NCBI GenBank assembly: GCA_038087875.1
Contig: JAXLNO010000253.1
Coordinates: 62,001 to 126,000, forward strand
Length of the DNA: 64,000 bases
Direction of reading: 5' to 3'
Source of the DNA: Malacoraja senta
Taxonomy: Eukaryota
Shown: positions 1-10,989 of the stretch, piece after piece
Layout of the letters: each line of letters starts with the position of its first letter
Numbering within the stretch: position 1 is the stretch's first letter
Position numbers and translations under genes: made by a program
Notes under the pieces: generated by a model
Told to the model about the DNA's origin: nothing
Database searches by the model: none
What the model saw: the letters and a program-made list of their open reading frames with translations, nothing else

Positions 1-1117
1 CGAATGGCACCTAATTTCTATGTTTCTATGTTTCTATGTTTGCCTCAGATTAAAAATCATCTTGTAAAAGCTAATTTGGACAAACCAAGTCGGGAATTTC
101 CTGAGATCACAAATATATTGGATAAGTTTAGACTTGGAACCTCCTTATATTAAATGCTATTAGTGGGTGGCAAATGTCTAAGATAATGGCAAACGAGGGA
201 ATCTGCTGTTTTGTAACGAAGGGAACATGGTCAATATTCACGCCTTGCAGCGATGTTAAAGCTTTAGCACAAGTTCAAGTGAGTTTATTGTCATGTGTCC
301 CTGATAGGACAATGAAATTCTTGCTTCAGCACAACAGAACATAGTAGGCATTGACTACAAAACAGATCAGTGTGTCCATATACCATTATATGTCCATATA
401 CCATTATAGCTGGTCCTGCAGTTTAAATCTATATCCAAATGTATCAGATCACGGTGGGTTTAGGAGGTTACAAATGAGGTGCATTTGATAATCAGGATCA
501 TACATTATTTTCAAACTTAGTACAATATTGAATGCTAATTTTCTCCCGAGCATTTAATTTCACTCAAGCAGGAACCTCCAGCCAATATTTTCATTCGCAT
601 CCAAATTGTTCCTGCATCTTGCCGTGTTCTCCAAGTTCAACCTCACAGAGTGCACCAAGACCTTCACAGCCTCTGAGAGTAACCCGCATAACCACCTTGC
701 ATTTCTCTACAATAAATGTCACCATTTGAAGTGGTGATGATCTATAAAATTATACTTAAGAATGTTTCATCGTCGTGTGATCTTGACTGAAACGACTCAT
801 CTGTACGCCGACATTTTCATTCTTGACCCACTTACTTCCTGCTTCTCGGTAGAATGGTTTTAACTCATTTGTACCTCACTAGGCAGACAATTAATTGAGC
901 GGGCAACAGAACGGCGAGGACGTTGAACATCCTCAATCAGTCCCAGAGGATTGCCGGAGAAATGGGAAAAATAAAATCCACATGAGCATGGATACATTAG
1001 ATTGACCAGGCAACAAAGAAGAAAGCCCAAATGGGTAAAATGGCAGATGCTGGTAATTAAGCTTCATTAAGTTTCTAGTGGAAACAATGGAGACAAATAT
1101 ACATTGATAAAGTTTCG

Positions 1118-1345
1118 TGTTGGAAGGAACTACAGATGCTGCTTGATACCTAATATAGACACTAAAGTAACTGGGCAGGAGTAACTGGGCGGGACAGGCA
1201 GCATCTCTGGAGAGAAGGAATGGGTGACGTTTCGGGTCGAAGAAGTCTGGGTCTGAAGAAAGGTCTCGACCCGAAACGTCACCTATTGTTTCTCTCCAGA
1301 GATGCTGCCTGTCCCGCTGAGTTACTCCAGCATTTTGTGTCTCTC
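1118..1345. mobile_element. Short palindromic non-autonomous Penelope-derived element carrying a hammerhead-like core
   Basis: Arms ~1160-1240 and ~1266-1342 are reverse complements. The sequence resembles the terminal repeat of the Penelope copies at 41.7-44.5 kb. Contains ctgaaga-aaggtctcgaccc-gaaacgtc (1253-1280). Confidence 0.7.
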
Positions 1346-1914
1346 TTCATTATTCATTACGTTTCTATGTCCTTGTAAAATCTAAAGTAGAACAGGCTGG
1401 AACAGTCTAATAAATGGTTGTAGGAGTGGAATATCACACGTTAGAAATTATTGAACACGGAGTTCCGTTTCTAGATCCCATTTAAACCACTCCTTTACCT
1501 GAAGTGAACCTGTAGTAAGGTCGCCTACCTTGTGGGAAGAGACTGGTGAACGAGTCCAGAGACTTGGGCAGCAAAGCTCCAAGCACGGCAACACACTGAG
1601 TTCCCCAGTCTCACTCTGTGTCTTATGAAACTACAGGACCTTCCTCTTCCTCTCCTGCTCAGGGTTCAGACATCACTTCTGTTGAAAGCGTTTGTGTCAG
1701 CGTAAAACCCATCTTGGAAAACCTTATTTCGGCAAAGGCAAATGGGAATTTACTGAGCTCAAACATGCATTGGATGCGTTGAGACATGGAACCTCATCTT
1801 TCTAAAGGTTATTGGAGGATAACAAATGTCAAGGGCATTGGGGAATGAGAGTATCTATTGTTGTGTAATGATGAGTAGGTGTCAATCTTCTTGCATCTGT
1901 AGTGATGTTCTGAT

Positions 1915-2187
1915 TGAGTTTAGTTTTGAGACACAGCATGGAAACTTGCCGTTCAGCCCTCTGTCCGTGCCGACCTCTGATCACCCGTTCACACTCGTTC
2001 TGTTATCTCACTTTCCCGTCCGCTCCCTACACACTACAGGCAATTTATGGAGGTCAAGTAACCTACAACCCCACTCATTCGTGGCCACAGGGAGCGTGCT
2101 ATCTCCACCCAGAGAGCACCCGATGTCAGGATTGAACCCTGGTGTCCGGCTCTGTGAGGCAGCAGCTCTAACATCTGTGCCACTGTG
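1915..2187 (-). mobile_element. Degenerate tRNA-derived SINE (V-SINE/HE1-like)
   Basis: Minus strand begins cacagtggcacagatgttagagctgctgcctcacag and has B-box-like ggttcaatcc. Similar to copies at 38848, 47065 and 55260. Confidence 0.7.
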
Positions 2188-5109
2188 ATTTGGGTGGTTT
2201 GGCAGTTTAAAACTATGTGAGTTTTGGGTTGAGGAGAACACAAACGAGCAGATGTGATAATAAAAATGTTGTATTTACTCAGTTATTCCAATATTGAGTG
2301 CAATTATCTCCTAAGTTTCACACAAGGTAAACACACCAGTCACCATCCTCATGATCATCCAATTTCTTCTGCAACTTTCAGTTTTCTCCAAATCAAACCC
2401 CACAGTTTGCACCAAGACCTTCACAACCTCTGGGAATAAATCACGTCCCTTCCAGTTCAATTCAGTTTAGTTCAGTGTCACGTTTCTGAGGTAAAGAGAA
2501 AAGCTTTTGCAGAATGCTAACCAGCCTGGAGAAAGACAAGTATAATTAATGCTATTCACAACTGAAGTTAGAATAGTTTCCAGTAACACATATTCAAGCA
2601 GATGACTGTGTGATGTTTGAAATGTCTATGATAACGGCAAATGACAGAATCTGTTGTTTTGTCATAAATGGAACGGTCAATATTCTTGCCTGTTCATGCT
2701 GTAGTTGGTCCGATAGTTCAAACCAATATTCAATTGCATCAGATCACGGGGGAGGTTGGACTTAGGAGGTCACCAATGAGCTGCATATGATAATCAAGCT
2801 ACTACAATTTTTCAAAGTAAGACCAATATTAAGAGCAATTTTCTCCTCAGTTCTGAATTTCACTCAAGGTAGAAACTCCAGCAAACATTTTCACAATCAC
2901 AAAATTTGAAATCCTATCATTTACGTCATTTACTAAGCACCTCATTTACTAAACATGTCATTTATTAAACATTCGAAATTTAGTTGAGATAAAAAATAGG
3001 AAGCGAAACAGCCCAGAGCTCAGAATAGACAAATCATTGTGGTTAAACTGCAAGATAGCGCTTCATGCAGCCTTGACCATTGCTCTGAATGATTCAAGAC
3101 CTGATGCAAAATTCAGAGCAATGGTCAAGGCTGCAGGAAGAGCTGTCTTGCAATTTAACCACGATGATTTGTTTTTTTAACCACAATGATTTGCTTCCTG
3201 TTTTTTATCTGACTAAATTTCACAATGTGTAAATAAACATCAGAAGTGTGAAGGACAAAGAAAACATCAAACAACCCCAAAACCTATTGAAACATGCAAA
3301 AGAGAATCAGGGGTGGATTATTTGTCACTTTGAGCCTGTTCAATCATTCCAAACAATCTCATATTCCAATTCTCTCCCGATAAATGTTGATGCATTTTAT
3401 GTCAAATAAATCCAGCCCCTACTTAACAGGATTCAGTGACCTGCCATCTACCCTTTTCTGTGGGGTGGATTTCAATGGCTCACCATATTCACAATGAAGA
3501 AATGTCTCAGCCCTAAATGTTTCACCCCTTATCTTGAGTCCAAAACCCCTTGTTCCAGATCCTACAGTCACTGGAAATATCTTTATGTATCGAGTCTGTC
3601 TAGCTCTGCTTTGAATTTTGTTTAATTTAGAGAGGTCATGTTTAAGTCTTCCAAACTCCAGTGACTACTTGCTCAGTCAGCTCCTCCTCTCCTTACTCAT
3701 TAGTCCTGCCATTCCAGGAATCAGTCTGGTCAGCCTTGGCTGCATTACATCTGTGGCTGAAAAACCCTTTCTCCGGTAAGGAGAGCACAAAGACATGTTT
3801 GGAGAGACATGGTCCAGGCACAGCCAATTGTGATGGGGTCAGTTGGACATCTTGGTCAGCATGTGTGCGTTGGGTCGATGTGTCTATTTCCATGCTCTAC
3901 AGCTCTATGACTCTCTGCTGCATCTGTGTATATTTGGCAAGTAACTCAACTGACTGACATCACCTGGAAACCTCTTTGCATCCTCTTTGCTTCTCCTACT
4001 TACTCTCAGTTTCATGTCATCAAACTTAGAAACATTAAATTTGTTTCCTTGTCAATACCATTGATGAACATTGAAAATAACGGACTCAAGAACTGGATTG
4101 ATTCTGGATCATTCATCACCAACTGCCACCCTAACAAAGTCTTCTGTCTGTTTCCTGTCTGCCAAATAATTTTCAATTCATGCCTGTTTAATATTGCCTA
4201 ATCCACATATGTAAAAATTCAAAGACCTTCTGAAAATTCGACACATCCTCGTGTTCTCCCTGAAACAAACAAAAACAATCTGCTGGAGGGACTCAGTGGG
4301 TCAGGCAGCATCTGTCGAGGGAAATGTGCAGATGACCCTGTGTATCGTGACCCTTCTTCAGTTGCCAATGGTCATCTGTCCATTTACTTCCACAGATGAT
4401 TCCTGATCCACAAATTCCCTCCAGCAATTTGCTCTTTGCTCGTGTTTCCAGAATCTGCAAACTCTTGGGTCTCCACATCTTCTCCCTTATCTATTCTACA
4501 TGGTACATCACCATCATCTCCAATAGATTTGTTAGCCATGATTTCACTTACATAAATTCAAAAAGACATTGTCTTATCGCATAAATTATTTTAAAATATC
4601 CAAACACTGTTTTGGAACCTGGAAACACCAAACCAGGTTGGAGATTGAAATATTTTTTAATGAATAAAGAGCAGTCATTTAGTAGAGAGAAACACCACTA
4701 TTTTATTTTTTAATCAGTGGAAAGTAGCAAAAATAATTTTAAAAATTACGCTTTTTGGTCAAGACACCAACAATGCAATAGTTAGTTACTATCCTTATAA
4801 TAAATACATCCTCAGCGCACATGCCCCATGTTCTGTTCTCACGTATTTTAAAAAATCTCATAGTAATAAAAAATTACATAAATAGAATAATACGGAATTA
4901 CTTTTAAATGTAAAGGGTAAATAGAGAAGTTGTTTCTGAAGATAACATCAGCGTAAAAGATGAAGGATCTGTGTTAGGCCCCGTTTACATTTCTGCTGTG
5001 AAACTCAGCAAGTGCCTCAACGGAGACATTTGCACCAGATAAGACAGGTGATGATTCCAGTGTTTAGAGTGTGAGAGTGACGGACAGTGTGAGTTGGAGG
5101 GGGAGATGA

Positions 5110-6051
5110 TCTGGATGAGGGAATTGAAGGCAACATCTCCAAGTTTGCGGATGACACTAAGCTGGGGGGCAGTGTTAGCTGTGAGGAGGATGCTAGGAGA
5201 CTGCAAGGTGACTTGGATAGGCTGGGTGAGTGGGCAAATGTTTGGCAGATGCAGTATGATGTGGATAAATGTGAGGTTATCCACTTTGGTGGCAAAAACA
5301 GGAAAGTAGACTATTATCTAAATGGTGACCGATTAGGAAAAGGGGAGATGCAGCGAGACCTGGGTGTCATGGTACACCATTCATTGAAAGTAGGCATGCA
5401 GGTGCAGCAGGCAGTGAAGAAAGCGAATGGTATGTTAGCTTTCATAGCAAAAGGATTTGAGTATAGGAGCAGGGAGGTTCTACTGCAGTTGTACAGGGTC
5501 TTGGTGAGACCACACCTGGAGTATTGCATACAGTTTTGGTCTCCAAATCTGAGGAAGGACATTATAGCCATAGAGGGAGTGCAGAGAAGGTTCACCAGAC
5601 TGATTCCTGGGATGTCAGGACTTTCATATGAGAAAAGACTGGATAGACTTGGCTTATACTCGCTAGAATTTAGGAGATTGAGAGGGAATCTTATAGAAAC
5701 GTACAAAATTCTTATGGGGTTGGACAGGCTAGATGCAGGAAGATTGTTCCCGATGTTGGGGAGTCCAGGACAAGGGGTCACAGCTTAAGGATAAGGGGGA
5801 AATCCTTTAAGACCGAGATGAGAAAAAACGTTTTCACACAGAGAGTGGTGAATCTCTGGAGCTCTCTGCCACAGAGGGTAGTTGAGGCCAGTTCAATGGC
5901 TATATTTAAGAGGGAGTTAGATGTGGCCCTTGTGGCTAAAGGGATCAGGGGGTATGGAGAGAAGGCAGGTACGGGATACTGAGTTGGATGATCAGCCATG
6001 ATCATATTGAATGGCGGTGCAGGCTCCTGCACCTATTTTCTATGTATCTAT
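5110..6051 (+). mobile_element. CR1 LINE, 5'-truncated (RT C-terminus, 3' UTR, tctatg tail)
   Basis: ORF 5213-5788 has CR1-type motifs (DKCEVIHFG, RPHLEYCIQFWSP, RRLRGNLIETYK). Absent from the paralogous site near 28020. Confidence 0.95.
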
Positions 6052-7509
6052 GAGATGAATTACGAAGAGAAAGATTCAGGGACTGGGGAAAAATATCAAA
6101 ACAGAGGGTGAGCAGCAATAAAAACGAATTGTATTTCTCTGCAGAATTCACACAATATGGGGGAAATGAGTTGTTAACCCGGATTAAGGAAGGAGCCTGA
6201 TTAGATTTCTTGTCACAATGAGGACGACACTAACTCCTGAGCTGATGATGAGATGCACTTTGTGATTCCATCCAGAATTTTTGCTTATAAATCGATGTTT
6301 TTGGATATGGGCCTTAGTGCTTAGGCTTCCATTTTTAACCCATGAGAATGTGACCATCCTTATTTCACCACTGAGGTGTTTAGTAAATGATGTAAATGAT
6401 AGGAGTAGGCCCCACAAATAACGAAGGACCACCAACATCGTTCTTGATGTTGCTGTACTGAGGGACAACAAAGTCTATCTTTCTTGGCTAACAACCTAAC
6501 CTTCAGCCTCCTAGATGCAGGTACATTTTCTAGCAATGTTACAACATTTTGAGATATTCAAAATCAAGTCTGCAATTTATCCCATCAGATAAAGCATAAA
6601 AAGTTTAATTTGACATCTAATTCACTCTCATATCTTCAGTATTAATAAAGTTATGGCCATTTTCATACTCGGAAATTAGCATCTTGTTCCCTATTGCTTT
6701 TCCATTGACTTAACACAAAAGCTGTGATCGAGGACAGTCAAAAGCCCATAACTTTCTTAAAAATTAAGAGAACTGAATGACATTTTCAGTTATTATAGAT
6801 TGAAGCATTCTGAAACAAATATAAAACATCTTACTTGGATGACCTGAAATTAAAGCATATAATTAGTTAATTACATAATTGTAGCTAATTACAAAATTGA
6901 CCGTTGTGACGGAAATAGTAATAAACACCCAGACTGCCTTGAAAATTCAAAAATGTGATATTCTCAAGATCAGAACTTTAATATTATTGTATTATATGCT
7001 GTGTCCGTAACAGATAGGTAAATAAATTACAATTTCTAGCAATAGACTAGGTCTTTATGGAGAAGATCAGTTGCTAGCTGGTACATTGGCATATCATAAT
7101 CAGTAGCATTATCATACTCCTCAGATTGTAATCGATAAGCAACTCTGTACACCTTGTTTTTCCTCAACTTTTCCATTTTGGCATTGTAAACTACAAGTTT
7201 TTGCTCTTTAAATCACGCATGACATGCCTTTCTGCCCACTACTTTCCCTTTAAAAATCTCCTGTAGATTCCATTTTTTAAGAAAAAGATAATTTAAAAAA
7301 ATAGCCTAAGTATCCAAATAACAAACTAATCCCATTCACACAAGAATTCAGAATATAACATGATTTTTAAATCTCATTGTCATGAATTTATATGCCAGAT
7401 GGAAGGAATTTAATGTTTAATTCCCATAAACTAATCTAGAAACATCCACTCAATATAATGGAAATCCCTGTAGAACCTGCAATGTGGTGTTACATATATA
7501 TTGCAATCA

Positions 7510-7765
7510 GTGATGGAAATCCCCATCCACATTAACGGGACGGACGTGGAACGTGTTTCCAGCTTCAGGTTCCTGGGGGTCAACATCTCCGATGACTTCT
7601 CTTGGACCCACAATACCTCAACTCTGGTCAAGAAGGCTCACCAGCGTCTCTTCTTCTTGAGGAGACTAAAGAAGTTCCATCTGTCTCCTCAGATTCTGGT
7701 GAACTTCTACCGCTGCACCATCGAGAGCATCCTTACCAACTGTATCACAGTATGGTGTGGCAACT
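7510..7765 (+). mobile_element. Rex1/Babar-type LINE fragment
   Basis: VERVSSFRFLGVNISDDFSW...KKAHQRLFFLRRLKKF...FYRCTIESILT is a typical Rex1 ORF C-terminus. Confidence 0.8.
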
Positions 7766-8192
7766 CCTCTGAGGCAGAGAATCCCACAGATTCACCACTC
7801 TCTGTGTGGAAAAAGTGTTTCCTCGTCTCCGTTCTAAATGGCTTACTCCTTATTCTTAAACTGTGGCCCCTGGTTCTGGACTCCCCCAACATCGGGAACA
7901 TGTTTCCTGCCTCTAGCGTGTCCAAACCCTTAATAATCTTATAGGTTTCAATGAGATCCCCTCTCATCCTTCTAAACTCCAGAGTGTACAAGCCCAGCCG
8001 CTCCATTCTCGCAGCATATGACAGTCCCGCCATCCTGGGAATTAACCTGGTGAACCTACGCTGGGCTCCCTCAATAGCAATAATGTCCTTCCTCAAATTT
8101 GGAGACCAAAACTGCAAACAATACTCCAGATGTGGTCTCACTAGGGACCTGTACAACTGCAGAAGGACCTCTTTGCTCCTATACTCAACTCT
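7766..8192 (-). mobile_element. CR1 LINE fragment
   Basis: Minus-strand ORF contains EYRSKEVLLQLYRSLVRPHLEYC...RRMRGDLIETYK. Confidence 0.9.
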
Positions 8193-8425
8193 CCTTCCAT
8201 CTTCTCCCTCCCACCGCTCTCTCTCCTTCCCCTCCTCTTTCTCTCCCTTTCCCACCCATCTCTCTCTCTCTCTCCTTCCCCTCTCATCTCTCCTTTCCCA
8301 TCTTCTCTCTCTCCCTCCCTCTCCTCGCTCTCCTTTACCCACCTCTCCCTCCCCTCTCTCTCTCTCTCTCCATCTCGCTCTCCTTCCCCCCCCTCTCTCT
8401 CTCTCTCTCTCTCTCCTTCCCCCCA
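8193..8425. repeat. CT-rich polypyrimidine low-complexity tract
   Basis: (ct)n and cct-rich sequence. A further CT tract lies at 9049-9165. Confidence 0.9.
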
Positions 8426-9050
8426 GCTAAAATAAAACAATTCCTCCAGTTTGATGACCTCGAATAGATCATCCACACATTCATCTTCTCCCGCCTAGAT
8501 TACTGCAACTCCCTCTACACTGGCATCAGCCAATCTTCCCTGTCCCGCCTGCAACTGGTCCAAAACACCGCAGCGAGACTCCTGACGGGCACCCGAAAAA
8601 GGGACCACATCACCCCGATCCTGGCCTCTCTCCACTGGCTCCCTGTGCGGTTCCGTATAAACTTCAAGATCCACCTACATAAAAAGTCTTCTCACCCACC
8701 ACTTCACCTCCAGGCCCCTCAGATCGGCCGACTTGGGGTTGCTGAATATCCCACGGTCTAGGCATAAGCTCAGGGGCGACCGCGCTTTGCGGTTGCAGCC
8801 CCTAGACTGTGGAACAGCATCCCCCTTCCCATCAGAACTGCCCCCTCCATCGCCTTTTTTAAGTCAAGACTAAAGACTTATCTATACTCCCAAGCCTTTC
8901 CTGACGTCCTCTGAGTGAGGGCTACATGTATATATGTATGTAGTTTGTTTTGTTTGTGCTATTCTTATAACAAATGTAAAGCACTTTGGCCAACGAGAGT
9001 TGTTTTTTAAATGTGCTATATAAATAAATGTGACTTGACTTGATTTGACT
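8426..9050 (+). mobile_element. L2 LINE 3' fragment
   Basis: Translates to IHTFIFSRLDYCNSLYTGI...LQLVQNTAARLLT...HITPILASLHWLPV, then an L2-like 3' end (tgtaaagcactttg...gctatataaataaa) with a (gactt)n tail. Confidence 0.85.
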
Positions 9051-9923
9051 CTCTCTCTCTACTTTCTCTCTACTTCCCCTCTCTCTCTCTCTCTCTCTCG
9101 CTCTCTCTCTCCTTTCCCACCTCTCCCTCTCTCTCGCTCTCTCTATCTCTCTCTATGTCTCTCTAATAAATAGTTTAGAAGAACGAGGTGGGGGGACCTC
9201 ATTGAAACGTCACCGAACAGTGAAAGGCCCGGGTAGAGTGGATGTGGAGAGGATGTTTCCACTAGTGGGAGAGTCTAGGACCAGAGGGCACAGCCTCAGA
9301 ATTAGAGGAGAGAGAGAGGGGCGGGAGATTGCAACCTTCACGTGGTCCGCCCTGTTTCAACGAATGCAAGCAATCCGGCGTGCACATTTGAATAAGATCA
9401 AATGGAACAAGTTGCCCTACAACTTGAGGCTGCGCACGCCACACGCAGGAAGAAGGAGAAGTTGGGGAAAGAAGAGAGAGGAGGGGGAAGGATAGAGAGA
9501 GATGGGGGGGGGTGGAGTTAGAGAGGAGGGGTGGGGATAGACGGGGACAGAGACAGAGAGGGAGAGCTGAACGCTGGCGTATATTCTCTCCTGCAGTCAG
9601 GGCCTACTCCTGGACGGCACGGACTCGGTGGGCCGAAGGGCCTGTTCCGCGCTGTATCTCCAAACTAAACTTGTGTGTGAACGGGTTCTATTTTTGTACA
9701 TTTGTTTCTAATAAATAAATTTAAAAAAACACCAAAATACACTATTTTACGTAATCAGACATTTTACTTAAACTCACGTGATTGTTAGTTATTTAGCAGC
9801 ACTTAATTAAATCATCTATCCAGTAAACAAGATACTAAACAAGTTACTTATTTCTACTTTAGCATCTTTGTATTCTTAATAAATAAATTTCTATCTTTGT
9901 ACTCAACCTATAAACTGGTATGT

Positions 9924-10681
9924 AACATAGAAACATAGACAATAGGTGCAGGAGTAGAGGCCATTCGGCCCTTCGAGCCTGCACTGCCATTCAATATGAT
10001 CATGGCTGATCATCCAACTCAGTATCCCGTACCTGCCTTCTCTCCATACCCCCTGATACCTTTAGCCGCAAGGGCCACATCTAACTCCCTCTTAAATATA
10101 GCCAATGAACTGGCCTCAACTACCTTCTGTGGCAGAGAATTCCACAGATTCACCACTCTCTGTGTGAAAAATGTTTTTCTCATCTCGGTCCTAAAAGACT
10201 TCACCCCTATCCTTAAACTGTAACCCCTTGTCCTGGACTTCCCCAATATCGGGAACAATCTTCCTGCATCTAGCCTGTCCAACCCCTTAAGAATTTTGTA
10301 AGTTTCTATAAGATCCCCCCTCAATCTTCTAAATTCTAGCGAGTACAAGCCGAGTCTATCCAGTCTTTCTTCATATGAAAGTCCTGCCATCCCAGGAATC
10401 AGTCTGGTGAACCTTCTCTGTACTCCCTCTATGGCAAGAATGTCCTTCCTCAGATTAGGAGACCAAAACTGTACGCAATACTCCAGGTGTGGTCTCACCA
10501 AGACCCTGTACAACTGCAGTAGAACCTCCCTGCTCCTATACTCAAATCCTTTTGCTATGAATGCTAACATACCATTCGCTTTCTTCACTGCCTGCTCCAC
10601 CTGCATGCCTACTTTCAATGACTGGTGTACCATGACACCCAGGTCTCGTTGCATCTCCCCTTTTCCTAATCAGCCACCATC
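9924..10681 (-). mobile_element. CR1 LINE, 5'-truncated
   Basis: ORF 10019-10654 is the CR1 ORF2 C-terminus ending GEKAGTGY. catagaaa tail at ~9926. Confidence 0.95.
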
Positions 10682-10985
10682 GCCTCAGTCCACTCACCTG
10701 CCTTCCTCCGGCCCCAACCCCCATCCCTGCCGTGTGTTCACCATCCCCCCTGACCTCCCCCTCTCAGATACCGAATGGTATGTCCCCAGCAGAGGCCTCA
10801 CCTTTGTCCCCCTCCGTCCCCACCTCAATGAGTTCCGCACCCACCGCGATTTGGAACTCTTCTTCATTCGCCTCCGCCTCACACCGTTCTTCCACGGGAA
10901 GGAGTCCTCGCCCCCATTGATGATCCCTTTTCCCGTCTCCAACTGACCCCATCATCTTGGACCCTCCCCCCCCTCATGGCCATTG
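10682..10985 (+). mobile_element. Penelope-like element N-terminal ORF fragment
   Basis: VFTIPPDLPLSDTEW...SRGLTFVPLRPHLNEF...DLELFFIRLRL resembles the LSxxE..LSKGLxFxP N-terminal motif of PLE polyproteins. C-rich, like the PLE at 43.2 kb. Confidence 0.65.
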
Positions 10986-10989
10986 GGAT

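Noticed and set aside
6520..7500. AT-rich block that might be a non-autonomous DNA transposon
   Set aside because: Only a 7-nt inverted match (tgcaggt/acctgca), with no convincing TIR or TSD; cannot be classified by eye.
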